A DNA stretch of 29,112 nt from an uncultured virus (IMG/VR IMGVR_UViG_3300025410_000014) (IMGVR_UViG_3300025410_000014), one strand, 5' to 3'; positions 18,001 through 26,442 are shown, counted from the first letter of the stretch. A program made the numbers and translations. Notes: a model not told the origin generated them from the sequence alone.

Positions 18001-18535
18001 CTGCACCTTTAGTAGCAGCCACATGAGCTAATTCAGCAGGTGTAGCACCTGACTCAATAAGAGGCATAGCCGCACGACCAGCCGCAGCAACACCAAGACG
18101 GCGACCAACTGCCGCCCCAATACCCCCAGGTATCAAAGATGTTGCAATGTTAGGCACTTGCTCGGCGACATTCTCAAGCACAAACTTAGGTATGTCACTA
18201 ATACCCTTAACATCTTTTAAACTGCCGTACTGAGGCGAGTAGTATTTGTTTATCTCATTTTGCGTATCTTGCGCTTCTTGCATTTGTTGCTTGGCATAGT
18301 CATTAAAGCCCAATGCACTTGCACCCATTGCAGGAATAACATCAGTCAGAGTAGACCCCAACTGTTTAGCGCCACGCATAACGCCACGCTTTAATACTTC
18401 GCCAGTAGTGAACTCACCTTTAGGAAGTTCAAAATTATATTTTTTAGATAGAGCGTCTAATTGATCGCTAAGTTGATCCTGAGTTAGGTTGTCGTCAAAC
18501 CTAACTTGCCCAATTTTTGGTAGATCAAGTATCAT
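12032..18535 (-). CDS. giant internal virion/ejection protein, polyvalent-protein type, with zincin-like metallopeptidase motif
   Basis: 2167 aa. Gly/Ala-rich N-terminal third, disordered P/Q/A linker, GSYDPATNTITL...IHEITH...QEFASE metallopeptidase-like segment, helical C-terminal region. Last gene of the virion block. Confidence 0.75.
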   Translation of the reverse strand: MILDLPKIGQVRFDDNLTQDQLSDQLDALSKKYNFELPKGEFTTGEVLKRGVMRGAKQLGSTLTDVIPAMGASALGFNDYAKQQMQEAQDTQNEINKYYSPQYGSLKDVKGISDIPKFVLENVAEQVPNIATSLIPGGIGAAVGRRLGVAAAGRAAMPLIESGATPAELAHVAATKGAEYAARGQNAGIFLGSYAQNAPEVFQNIYDKTGELAPGAAALFGAGAAALDSVLPAHLMKNLTGPMKMGIVEKVLEKSGMDKGLLRSVASNMLAAAGEEGITEGMQEAISIAAENFVGKNPQIFGSPEWNRIMESSVRGAVGGGAFGATTGAIERGRAGRERAQQYEQALQKRAGRQLTAEANRQSANIDQFNNEQQQMQLPGMEMGPYTTLLPEGQFAKPPKVVEPKEPKGVQGSLFDEQGAPTKQAEMTVAKADKAAANRERLEQQRQAAATKEAAAKLKAAIAEIAPTKIDLLSLARQPSPLAQTIAQQRAENENLAAKRGPKPVLPTQQQVAPAAPTVAPQQAAPTAPVQEQPAPPQAAPVEQQAAAPVDQTTAVASEPTVVQKPTQLTPQQLPTTIDDNTFKGLGIGRTATFIRNKLIHGKDISNPADAAEVKRVLEAYAEKTTSTKARENVEAFLGRPEFQGVEDATRPDTTTTGTSNEVVSEPAGGAAGTVEPTERDGNVPAEQNAPSVNAGEVRKPAPVEKQENVHEVLETLGGHEGYLKTVAEAANVEGTHYRLTQHYTNTDGTPNPIVNDVKVTRLPDGKMVVDDGINPPSAYTPKGAKETTNEEAVKRKILSLSERENKIEGKHYTLTKLKEKHAGKVEQPAPVEKQPTKSKKEKAKKGAVEANKEQEDFIEENDKRVDSILTSRIHEAAQEKGIDSKFLEIGSHRGTATHKVLRLPALINEYRHLLQLDKEISTKEDAAQKIKNKQLLERLHHEITTGSPEGAQILAHLDTLSPSKRAEFLSNVTKLGNQEFESTVQQKVAEAAARKKAYEDSIPPEPKETNRKGPGFNSADRFKEALTHIKNNYLTKKDTPGFIALLNKGQILEAINYAMDKLPEAFKRQFKNEMQIILGKDTFYGPAYKGKNLDAAGIDLVKKGNVNNILDHLIKTIDNNEIKQVLRRFKALGLNPKIVIGEVGFGKAGSYDPATNTITLDPEHGLNEHTAIHEITHAAISHVLNNRNHPLTKQFLKFFDQIQNQLGAAYGAQDLQEFASELVGNPNFQAVLKTIKAPKSGNLFERIMQSIAEFFGFRKGQSAYNAGLKFINDAIDVSRDVEATPSEKMFMSTGQAVNDAFRTVGEIGKNMPNLTREAVDKARNTFSNIADKNSPMYAGPSTTKLAFGLLRLDHLNTIYKKQLPSIQRLIDALEKRNGTQERRIKEINKNYKHFTDVFKKHKAAMERMNDMAYDARLAEVDILNPKFPTTKENASEFARLRTIYHALPKEVQDVYKTIRNSYEDSINEYEKILLANATPSLAARIKAEFQTKRRVPGYIPFLRRGDFWVEYADPTTGERAASAFESIRERDKFIKDVLKGAQHKSYQNLQNAQYQQGLVPPTSFLGQIMHGLQKNGASQEQLNNVYQSYLALFPAQSLVKQFMKSENVRGMERDIVRGYGDTMIKWARKLSDSAYSPEIDKAIDAIGAEASNTNTPAVYAAAQNVYDQRGFMHNPTYSDLVSGATTLSYMEYIAGNASSALVNVTSLPMMVWPILSGKYGFAGATSAMMNASKIAINGLDKNARYKNLYEALMDHGQLEHTMAREVLEGRRQSTSEFTGLKAKMLGALSIPFAASEKYNRAVTAVAAYDLAKQKGKSEAQAIREAIDTVKDAHTSGMSVTAPKWMQHPLGRVAFTFKSFAWNSAFVIGRAFHQAFKGETPVVRQAAMRQLIGTYGMGMAFAGAKGLPFYGAASTLASIINALFGDDDEPFDFNEEMRDFFGEFAYKGPVNYLTNLEISNRVGLATDLIYRDDPRSVADHGLTLTIIQQALGPAASYAVNAENAAKMMAEGHTERAFEALAPSFVRNGMKGFRYMTEGAQTLKGDPIESDINTYNGLMQIAGFAPADLSNMYEMSSARTQFQKEVLARKTKLLNLYDLARTAGDTDLMSSTQDKITSFNEAHPGERITSATLQKSETARKANEKNMIDGIVYNKKLLPEIREKFSED
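16031..16455. repeat. direct repeat pair (23 bp exact, extending to 36/41) spaced 384 bp apart
   Basis: TTGTTTTTCTACTGGAGCGGGCT at 16031-16053 and 16415-16437; protein AGEVRKPAPVEKQ vs AGKVEQPAPVEKQ. Confidence 0.92.
16423..16593 (-). CDS. nested (+1 frame) 56-aa helical protein MLQDLTQPQLEQAMRWLANPLEEPPEQLNQLNEMEMFLLNRMLQALMQEKSESPLQ
   Basis: AAGGAG (16605-16600), 6-nt spacer, ATG 16593; open to TAG 16423. The host frame here is low-complexity. Confidence 0.65.
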   Translation of the reverse strand: MLQDLTQPQLEQAMRWLANPLEEPPEQLNQLNEMEMFLLNRMLQALMQEKSESPLQ

Positions 18536-18537
18536 TT

Positions 18538-20463
18538 TTATTGCATTAAATCATTAAAATGAGGAACTGAAGAATCACTATCGTCATAATTTAAGTTGTT
18601 TGTGGCATATGTTCTTTGTGCTGCTGCATGTACCCCAGCCAATTTAGGATTAGATCTCCAATTTTCTCCACCTTGGCGTTTAAGATCTTTTATTAAAGCC
18701 GTTTCTTCTGGGCTACCTACAAAAGATTGCATACCTTTTTGGAAAGCAGCATTATGTTTTATTTTATTTGCTTCCATTTGGTTCTGAACTGTTTGCCCTT
18801 TTAGTATAGCTTGCATGTTATGATTTCTTTCATTTTCTGCAAGAACTAATCGGTTGTATTCATTTCTGTCACCACGAGCTAAAGCTGCTTGTTTCATTTG
18901 CTCAGTATGCATCTTATTGTATAAGTCTGCACGGGTAAGACCAAGCTTACCAGACAATATAGCATTCTCTTCAGCACCACGTTGTCTATTAGCATTAGCC
19001 ATATAGGACACGCCTTGGCTTGCACCTTGACCAATATTAGCCGCAGCATATGGAGATGTGCCACCCATCATACCAAGACCTGCTTGTAGAAGTGCCATGT
19101 ACTTGTCGTTTTGATAGTTCTTCTCAACACCTTCTTGGCGCTGCTTTAGATAGTCTGCATACTGTTTAACGTAGTCATCATCAGGACTAACTTCCATGTT
19201 AGCGCCAGGTGGGTTATTTTGAATTGGCCCAAATCCTTGATCTTCTGCTTCGGTTGTTGCATCATAATTTGGAGTGCCCATTTGCGGATTAGCAGCTTGA
19301 GAATCAGCAGCAGGGTTATACCCAGGGCTTTCAGGCATTCCCGCTGGGGCAGTATTTGCAACTGGTGCAACTGGTTTAGCGGGAACTGCTCCAGCTTTTG
19401 CTCCTTGAGCCGCAATATGTGGATTGCCAATATAGGGTTTAGATATGTCTACGTTAGCTGGGTAGCCACCATTATCTGCGGGGGGTGCAGGATAAGGAGG
19501 AATAAAAAAGTTACTTAGTCGGTCAAGGAATCCGCCTTTATCAAAATGCACTTCACCACCAGCTTTACCTGCGGGTATGCCTTTAATATAGTCTTTGGTT
19601 TCTTTGGGTAGCTTGGACATGTCTGCGCCAGAAGCTAACCACTTATCTGTGTTGCCAGGCCCCCAGTTGTAAGCAATTGCTGCCAACTCATTGTTACCAT
19701 AACGGTTATGCAATGCGCCCAAATACTCACGCCCAACACGTGCAAACTCTTCGGGAGAATTACTGCGTGCGGGTTCTACACCAAACCCAGGACTTTTTAC
19801 TGTACCAGGCATGACTTGCATTTCTCCCATTGCTCCTTTTTCTGAAGTCAATAGATTGCCGTTCTTGTCGTAACGCTGCCCACGACTTTCCTTATAAAGC
19901 ACATGGTGCAACAAAGCATCATGCTGCTCTGGAGGTGTCTTGTTAATATCTTCTTTAAGCGCATGGTGTGCATTTTTTGCAGCAACACCTGCCATACCCG
20001 CTAGACTTTCGATACCTTCTTCGTCTTCGGGTTCTTCTTCAGCTTCCATTTGAGGAGCTTCTTGTTCCTGAGCAGGTGCACTAAGTTTTTGGAAAAGCAT
20101 ACGCTCTTCCTTGTTCATTCCAGAATCAGAACTATCATCGTCTTCTTCATCGTCATCAGCCTCACCACCATCAGCAAACGCAATAATGCCACCACCTGCG
20201 CCAGTCGCAACAGGTAAGTTACTTGGTAGTGCAGGTATGCCCGCAGGTTGAGCCGCTTCAGCCAAAATGCCTTGCGCAACTGTAGGAGGGTTAGGATTAG
20301 CGCCAGCAGTCTGCGTTGCCTGCATTTGTTTCTGCTGCTGCAATTTATCTTTAATTAGCGGTATGCCAATATACGCAGGTACAGACCCATCTTGCACACC
20401 TTTTTGCAATTCTTGGATTGAAAAAGCTTCAGGTTTATAAAGTAATTTTTGTACTATAGACAT
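18538..20463 (-). CDS. internal virion protein with soluble lytic transglycosylase (SLT) domain
   Basis: Catalytic KESRG, GAMGEMQVMPGT, AAIAYNWGPG, ETKDYI; flanked by acidic and P/A-rich disordered regions. Confidence 0.88.
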   Translation of the reverse strand: MSIVQKLLYKPEAFSIQELQKGVQDGSVPAYIGIPLIKDKLQQQKQMQATQTAGANPNPPTVAQGILAEAAQPAGIPALPSNLPVATGAGGGIIAFADGGEADDDEEDDDSSDSGMNKEERMLFQKLSAPAQEQEAPQMEAEEEPEDEEGIESLAGMAGVAAKNAHHALKEDINKTPPEQHDALLHHVLYKESRGQRYDKNGNLLTSEKGAMGEMQVMPGTVKSPGFGVEPARSNSPEEFARVGREYLGALHNRYGNNELAAIAYNWGPGNTDKWLASGADMSKLPKETKDYIKGIPAGKAGGEVHFDKGGFLDRLSNFFIPPYPAPPADNGGYPANVDISKPYIGNPHIAAQGAKAGAVPAKPVAPVANTAPAGMPESPGYNPAADSQAANPQMGTPNYDATTEAEDQGFGPIQNNPPGANMEVSPDDDYVKQYADYLKQRQEGVEKNYQNDKYMALLQAGLGMMGGTSPYAAANIGQGASQGVSYMANANRQRGAEENAILSGKLGLTRADLYNKMHTEQMKQAALARGDRNEYNRLVLAENERNHNMQAILKGQTVQNQMEANKIKHNAAFQKGMQSFVGSPEETALIKDLKRQGGENWRSNPKLAGVHAAAQRTYATNNLNYDDSDSSVPHFNDLMQ

Positions 20464-20465
20464 GA

Positions 20466-21551
20466 TTAACTCGTCTTGCTCATGGTGTTATATAAACCCA
20501 ACGCCCCAATACCCGCCGTACCCAAACCAGCCAATTGTGAAACAGCACTCGGAGCTGCTTGATACTGAGTTGCAGTCTGTCCAGGAATTGCATAACCACG
20601 CAACAATGCGTTGTAGGCATTAAGCTGTTGCATTGGGTACTGTTGCGCATTAGCGTAATTCTGAATATCTTGGTTAATAATATTTTGTTGTTGGGTTTGT
20701 TGTTGCGCACCCATTTGATTTTGCAACCCAAGGATACCTGTTTGTGCAGCAAGTTCTTGTTGGCCTAAGTTACCCAACTGCGTACCCATACTACCAGCTT
20801 GGTTTAGACCTTGCAGTGCGGTATTTACCCCTTGCAATGCAGCCTGATTACCTTGTAAATTTAGGTTAGCACCAAATTGTTGGTTTTGGTTAGCTTGGTT
20901 ATATGCATTAGAGTACCCTTGACCAACTAGATTACTCATAGCTAATTGGTTAGCTTGATTCTGTGCGGCTTGTTGGACACCAAAACGTGACCCACCCAAA
21001 GCACCAGCTTGTGCGGCCTGTGCTTGTTGTTGCTGGCCTTGAGCGGCCTGTTGTTGTGCTAATAATTGTTCCTGTGGTAGCAACGCATTTTGCAAATACG
21101 GATTCATGTACTGCGCTATGGCATTAGGATCAGTAGCACTAGCCGCATAATTAGTACCCACATCGGCTGCGTTTTGCCCATAGCCTAGACCACGTTGCCC
21201 CACATCAGCGGAAGTAGCAGCGCTTGCCGCAGTAATATCTGAACCAGTACCGATTTGCCCAGGTACTTGAAGCTGCCCAGCACCCGCCTGAGATGCTTGT
21301 TGCAAAGGACTAAACCCAGCAATATAGTCTGAAGGATTTTGGCTATACGGATTGTATGGCTTTACCCCAGTTATATCTTGCGTAGTAACTTGATTACCAC
21401 TTGCATCAGTTGTTGTATCAGGTTTTGTATTAAATAGTTGCTGTGTAGCCCCACCTAGTAGAGTTTCTACTTGTGGTTGCAGCCAATCAGGTATATTTGA
21501 CTGGGTAATTGTTTGTGATGTGGGTGTACCACCGCCGCCGCCACTGCTCAT
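20466..21551 (-). CDS. Gln/Gly/Ala-rich putative DNA ejection (pilot-like) protein
   Basis: MSSGGGGGTPTSQT N-terminus, YMNPY, AGALGGSR, extended Q-rich helices; virion context. Confidence 0.65.
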   Translation of the reverse strand: MSSGGGGGTPTSQTITQSNIPDWLQPQVETLLGGATQQLFNTKPDTTTDASGNQVTTQDITGVKPYNPYSQNPSDYIAGFSPLQQASQAGAGQLQVPGQIGTGSDITAASAATSADVGQRGLGYGQNAADVGTNYAASATDPNAIAQYMNPYLQNALLPQEQLLAQQQAAQGQQQQAQAAQAGALGGSRFGVQQAAQNQANQLAMSNLVGQGYSNAYNQANQNQQFGANLNLQGNQAALQGVNTALQGLNQAGSMGTQLGNLGQQELAAQTGILGLQNQMGAQQQTQQQNIINQDIQNYANAQQYPMQQLNAYNALLRGYAIPGQTATQYQAAPSAVSQLAGLGTAGIGALGLYNTMSKTS

Positions 21552-21979
21552 AATAGCACCTCAACTAAAGTGTTTCTAGGTTCGAAATTGTATCGCTTCC
21601 AAAGACGTACGATAGCTGGCCTACCGTACCCTTGTATCTTTGTTGCGCCACGTTGTTTTAGGATTTGTTTTAACTGCTCAAATGTGTTGTCATTTGATAT
21701 TAATTTACCGCCAATAGAAGTTACAAACGCAACTCTGTGCAATGGGTAATTAATAAACGATACAGTCGCCGCACCATGAATCTCACCTGCATCATCTACG
21801 GCAACCAACAAAAGCCACTGACCCGCAGTTAAATATGACTGGACATGTTCTACTGTATACGATGCAGCCCAATCTGGGAAGTCCCCACCCTTGTCCAAAG
21901 CTTCCCTAATAAAAGGTTCTACTTTAGGCCAAAGCTGCTGGACGTAGTTGGTATCCGCATATTGCACAGTTAAATTCAT
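21548..21979 (-). CDS. GNAT-like fold virion-module protein
   Basis: Alpha/beta pattern, WLLLVAVD...IHGAATV, GATKIQGYGR...RLWKRYNF; position analogous to small GNAT-like genes of podovirus virion modules. Confidence 0.55.
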   Translation of the reverse strand: MNLTVQYADTNYVQQLWPKVEPFIREALDKGGDFPDWAASYTVEHVQSYLTAGQWLLLVAVDDAGEIHGAATVSFINYPLHRVAFVTSIGGKLISNDNTFEQLKQILKQRGATKIQGYGRPAIVRLWKRYNFEPRNTLVEVLL

Positions 21980-23101
21980 TTAGTCTCCCGGACTTATACC
22001 AGCAGAAGCGGCTTGTTGTGCCTGCATATTTGTTATCACATTAGCCACAGCAGCAGGGTCAGCATGTTGTGCCGCAACAGCCGCTGCAACAGCAGCAGGA
22101 TCATTAATATTAATGCCTGATTGAGCTATGTAATTTTGAATATTTTGATCTGTATATGGCGTATACGATGGGCTAGATGTTGGAGTAGGTGTTGGGGTCA
22201 CCGCACTTGCAACAGATGAGTTTGTATTGGTTGCCCCAGGTAATGTTGTGATACCTGAACTTGAAGGTGTTGGAGTAGGTGTGGGCGATGATAAATACTG
22301 CGCTTGAGCGGCAGGCAAATTCTGTAACGCTGCTTGAACAATGGCTGGGTCAGCATTCGTAGCCTTGATAGCATTCAATACTTGGGCTGGATCCTGCGTA
22401 TTAATATGGTTTTGTGCAATGTAGTTAGCAATATCTTGTGCCGTATATGGCGTATACGAAGGAGTTGGGGTAGGTGTAGGCGTTGTTGTGCCTGCGGGCT
22501 TAACCACAGTAGATGTAGGTGTGGGAGTTGGTGTGGGAGTTGGTGTGGGAGTTGGGGTTACCGTAGGTGTATATCTTGTTGGGGTTAGTGTATTTATCCC
22601 AGTTGATGTATTTGCAGGTGGCGTATAACCGGGAAGATTAACACCAGTATTATTAAGTTTAGATAAGTCAAACCCAGGAAATAGAGCTTGTATCTGGCTA
22701 GAAGTTAAATTATTTTGGCTTATTAAGCTATTAAGTTTAGCTGCGTCAATATTAACACCGCCATTAAACGCAGCGCCCAATTGAGATGTCAACGAGCTTG
22801 GATTACCACTGCTATTATTAGACGCAGGTGTAGTTATGCCAGCATTATTGTTGTAGCCACCACCGTAACCACCAGCAGCACCACCATTTTGGCTGCTAGG
22901 GCCAAACATAGCACTATAACCTTTGCCAAAAAGTGAAGCTATACCATTCCCCATTGGGTTATCGTAGGTTGGTTGATAGCGTGTTGGCACATAAGCACTA
23001 GGTGTAAACCCTTGAAGATTAGCACCAATACCCGTATTACTAGCTACAGGGTCTTGTTTTATGCTTGCTAATGCTGCGTTAACTTGATCTGCGGTTGCCA
23101 T
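21980..23101 (-). CDS. low-complexity Pro/Thr-rich putative virion protein with a duplicated ~45-aa domain
   Basis: AAGGAG RBS; (PT)n linkers; two copies of SYTPYTxQxIxNYIAQxxINxxDPA. Confidence 0.75.
   Translation of the reverse strand: MATADQVNAALASIKQDPVASNTGIGANLQGFTPSAYVPTRYQPTYDNPMGNGIASLFGKGYSAMFGPSSQNGGAAGGYGGGYNNNAGITTPASNNSSGNPSSLTSQLGAAFNGGVNIDAAKLNSLISQNNLTSSQIQALFPGFDLSKLNNTGVNLPGYTPPANTSTGINTLTPTRYTPTVTPTPTPTPTPTPTPTSTVVKPAGTTTPTPTPTPSYTPYTAQDIANYIAQNHINTQDPAQVLNAIKATNADPAIVQAALQNLPAAQAQYLSSPTPTPTPSSSGITTLPGATNTNSSVASAVTPTPTPTSSPSYTPYTDQNIQNYIAQSGININDPAAVAAAVAAQHADPAAVANVITNMQAQQAASAGISPGD
22518..22553. repeat. tandem 12-bp repeat x3 (GGTGTGGGAGTT) encoding a Thr-Pro run
   Basis: Seen directly in the sequence. 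Confidence 0.9.
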
Positions 23102-23110
23102 AAGGTCTCC

Positions 23111-24007
23111 TTATGCTGGCATATATTTGCGTGGATTAATTTGCGTACCTTGTTTTGGGTTGCCAGTACGGGCCTTACGCACCTTATTCATCATATGGTA
23201 CAACTGCTTTGCACCAGCATCTGTAGACCCATTTCCCAGGTGAGAAACAACATCAGCAGGTACAACAAATTCTCCATCTGCCAAACGTGCAGGTTGTTTT
23301 TCACCAATAGACGCAGGAATATTATCGGACATGCCATCCCCCGGGCCTTTAAGCAAATGCCCACCATCTGAATAACTACCTAAATGGCCACCACCAGCAA
23401 GTGCAGCGATACCACCTTCCGCCATTGTGTAAGGCACGTAAGTAGATGGGTCATAAGAAAATTTGCTTAATGCACCAGTATATTTTTTCTGCGTGGGAAT
23501 GCCGTATTTTTTGCGATCCGCATACATGGTTGCCCCAATGCCTGCACCAGCACCTGCTAACATTTTTTGAGGTGTGGATAAACTGTTCCACATATCACTA
23601 ATACCTGAAACAATACCTGTGTTAGCACCAGCGCCAGATGTATAAGCTTGTCCGTTCGCTGCTGGGGTATAAGAAGTTTCAGTAGGAAAGGCGCCACTTG
23701 CATTTAAGCCCTGCCCTGCGGTTGAGTCCATAGCAGCATTGGATAAGCTAGCATCAGGTATGCCACTGAATTGTCCTACTCCCATAGGCGGTGTAGTAGC
23801 TACAGCAGGAGCAGGTGGCGTTACATCAGGCGGTGTATCAGGAGCACCACTTGGCATAATGCCACTCATAGCCCCACCAGTTACACCACCCATTAAAGCA
23901 CCTTTAAGGGGATCACCGCCTGTAAGCAAAGCACTGCCGCCGCCAACTGCTGCACCAGTCATTACCGAACTTAACAATGCGCTTTCTGCTATGCCGCCAT
24001 CTGCCAT
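23111..24007 (-). CDS. putative internal virion protein with C-terminal GPGDGMSDxIPA...LADGEFVVPA domain
   Basis: Gly/Ala-rich N-terminus and a conserved-looking C-terminal domain; GGGGGT RBS. Confidence 0.75.
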   Translation of the reverse strand: MADGGIAESALLSSVMTGAAVGGGSALLTGGDPLKGALMGGVTGGAMSGIMPSGAPDTPPDVTPPAPAVATTPPMGVGQFSGIPDASLSNAAMDSTAGQGLNASGAFPTETSYTPAANGQAYTSGAGANTGIVSGISDMWNSLSTPQKMLAGAGAGIGATMYADRKKYGIPTQKKYTGALSKFSYDPSTYVPYTMAEGGIAALAGGGHLGSYSDGGHLLKGPGDGMSDNIPASIGEKQPARLADGEFVVPADVVSHLGNGSTDAGAKQLYHMMNKVRKARTGNPKQGTQINPRKYMPA

Positions 24008-24039
24008 GATTACCCCCTAAATTTGTTCAAGTTTACCAT

Positions 24040-24366
24040 TTAACCTATCTTCCAGCTAGTACCTGTCGAGTAAACAGGCACAGTATTTGTACCGCCACCA
24101 ACCACCGTTGAACCAAAAGTCGTAGCCGTTGCGTCCGATACAAAAGTTCTAGTTCCTGCATTGGTCATGGATGCGGTAGGGAGCTTGGCCACTGTTACGA
24201 TAGATGTGTTGGTGATGTACGTTGAAACCAGCGTAGTCAAGATATCATTTAACTGGTTAAAAAACAAACGCAAGACGTTATTGAGCTTATCCCCGTACTG
24301 CCTGTCGTATTGATCGGGCGCAAGGGGCAGGTTCGGTGGCGCAGGGTTGATTGGTTTTGTAGCCAT
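24040..24366 (-). CDS. putative small tail/virion structural protein
   Basis: PNLPLAPDQYD...LRLFFNQL N-terminus; fibre-like C-terminus VPVYSTGTSWKIG; coupled to the upstream gene. Confidence 0.7.
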   Translation of the reverse strand: MATKPINPAPPNLPLAPDQYDRQYGDKLNNVLRLFFNQLNDILTTLVSTYITNTSIVTVAKLPTASMTNAGTRTFVSDATATTFGSTVVGGGTNTVPVYSTGTSWKIG

Positions 24367-26441
24367 TATCTGCGTCCATCGGGTCTAATATTAAAGCGAG
24401 GAGCACCCAACTGCCAAGTCGTACCAATCTGATTGGACTCCATCTTAAAGATCATCTGGCGGCCACGGATACGGGTATACACCTGCCCAGTAAATTCTTC
24501 GGTAATGTTGTAAGTTGAGGTGTAGTTGACCGTGTTGTTTTTGGTCTGGGTAGCACCCGAGCCTGAATCGGTCAAGGCAATCAACGTCATCGTTGTGGCT
24601 GGCGTGGGTGAGTTTGATGAACCCGCAAAAGTCAAGTCTGGGAGTATCCTGTCAATAAAGACAAAATGATCTCCGTCTCCAATGTCAAACTCGGAAGAAG
24701 ATATGTAGGCATCTATTGACTGGATTGTGCCTGTCTCATTATTGTCTACACCGCTTTCTTGGTTGCAGAGATACCCGTTATAAGTAGCGCCAATTGGATT
24801 ATTCTGGAGCGTGGTATCGAGCCAGGCAGTCCTGGCAATAGAGCCGTAATACCAGTTCTTTTCAACATAGTTATAAACAACATAACTATTCATGGTGTCA
24901 CTAGTGCCAGATACATAGAACCACCAGACTTCGTTAAAGCCTTCTACAGTGCTACAGTAAACTTGTTGATTTTGGTTGTAGTTAATATTTTGGAAGACAA
25001 AGCGGCGTAGGTCGCAGTTAAGCGTTTGCACCCGTCCATCGTACATATAGAACTTGTCAATGCCCATCCAGTACACAACGCCAGATGCATAAACAGCCGC
25101 ATTGGGGCCGACAATAGTAGTGTTCTCGCCTAGTAACTGCGTACCCCACACATAAGGAGGGCCAAGATATTGAAGGGAGTAACAAGCCGCATCAGTCAAT
25201 ACAAATATCTCTTGACGGGTTTGAATGGCAGTGACGATCTGGGAGCCGTGAGACAAGCGCACATCCCCTGCTTGGTTGGTAATATCTGGATACCATACCA
25301 AAGGATTTTGTTGGTCAGACCAGCGGATCAACATGGGGTCTAGCGTATTCGTACCAATCCCGTTAGTCCCAAACACAAGCACAAAATTAGATGCATCAGA
25401 AACCTGTAGATAGTTTTGGTACAACGGAACATCTACCAGATCAGAAATGTAAAACGTACCAGAGCCTGCGCTGCTTGTATTAATGGCTGAACCACCTTGA
25501 GTGGCGGAAAGATTAAACTGTGTACCAGATACGTTAATCACATAATATGTGGTATTTGTAGATAGGCCACTGGGCAAACTGCCGCCCGTAACTCCAAGCT
25601 GTATGGCGCTATTGTTGGGTAGGGTAACGCCAGACACAACTACCGCAGGGGAAGCATAAGAGATCGTGACTGAACCACCTATACTATTAAGAAGCACGCC
25701 TCGGGTTGTGACGCCGCCAGAAGCAGTCCAGTAGTAAATACCCCCACCACGGGGGCCAAATATCAAGTTCTCACCAAAGTTGTAGGCGTTCCAAATCTGT
25801 AAGTTATTCTTGACGGTCTGACCTGTACCCCAAGGCCCAAGGCCAAAGTTACCAGCGCCCCATCCATTGAAAGGAGTCTGTGTGGCAGGGCCAGTGTTAA
25901 TTTGAAACTGTGCAACCACAGAGCTACCGCCACCTGTTGTGGTCGATGATGCATTTGACCCCGCATTGATTGTAAACGTGTTGGTCGTTGGTGTCGTAAG
26001 AACCTGGTACTCACCGTTGATGGTAAGCCCCGCTACGGCTGTAGCACCGCTGAATATCACAAAGTCATTGATAATTGCGCCATTAGATGCGGCTGTGACA
26101 GTGACTATGTTTGACCCAGAAACCGTTGCAAATGGGTTTGAACCCAAAGTCAATGTGGTTCTTATTGGGGTGATATCGTAATAAGCTGTGCCGTAAGTGA
26201 GATAGTACTTTAAATTAGTACCCACACCTACCAAGTTTAGGAATGATAGCGTGATCCAGTTCCAAAGGGAACGGCAAACGCCTAAAAATGTATTTGGAGA
26301 ATACTGCGTCCAGCCACCAATCTTCTCTGGACTTCCTTGACGGAATCTAACCCACTGGCTCTCATACCACCCGCCTTCATTGTAGTAGCGGGTATTTTCT
26401 TTATTCACCCCAGGTTTGAAGATTATTTTCGAAAATGGCAT
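24366..26441 (-). CDS. putative tail nozzle/head-stabilisation (beta-propeller-like) protein
   Basis: 691-aa beta-rich protein; FKPGVNKE...VRFRQGSPEKIGGW, IRWSDQ, C-terminal RPDGRR; S/T/G-rich inserted subdomains. Confidence 0.7.
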   Translation of the reverse strand: MPFSKIIFKPGVNKENTRYYNEGGWYESQWVRFRQGSPEKIGGWTQYSPNTFLGVCRSLWNWITLSFLNLVGVGTNLKYYLTYGTAYYDITPIRTTLTLGSNPFATVSGSNIVTVTAASNGAIINDFVIFSGATAVAGLTINGEYQVLTTPTTNTFTINAGSNASSTTTGGGSSVVAQFQINTGPATQTPFNGWGAGNFGLGPWGTGQTVKNNLQIWNAYNFGENLIFGPRGGGIYYWTASGGVTTRGVLLNSIGGSVTISYASPAVVVSGVTLPNNSAIQLGVTGGSLPSGLSTNTTYYVINVSGTQFNLSATQGGSAINTSSAGSGTFYISDLVDVPLYQNYLQVSDASNFVLVFGTNGIGTNTLDPMLIRWSDQQNPLVWYPDITNQAGDVRLSHGSQIVTAIQTRQEIFVLTDAACYSLQYLGPPYVWGTQLLGENTTIVGPNAAVYASGVVYWMGIDKFYMYDGRVQTLNCDLRRFVFQNINYNQNQQVYCSTVEGFNEVWWFYVSGTSDTMNSYVVYNYVEKNWYYGSIARTAWLDTTLQNNPIGATYNGYLCNQESGVDNNETGTIQSIDAYISSSEFDIGDGDHFVFIDRILPDLTFAGSSNSPTPATTMTLIALTDSGSGATQTKNNTVNYTSTYNITEEFTGQVYTRIRGRQMIFKMESNQIGTTWQLGAPRFNIRPDGRR

Positions 26442-26442
26442 G

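Noticed and set aside
19146..19430. 94-aa alternate-frame ORF inside the transglycosylase gene as another overprinted gene
   Set aside because: TTG start with no convincing RBS; the L/Q-rich composition is what a +1 shadow of a Pro/Ala-rich frame gives.
24030..24038. Extended -10-like TGGTAAACT upstream of ORF 24007 (- strand)
   Set aside because: There is no matching -35 and the motif is too short to support alone.
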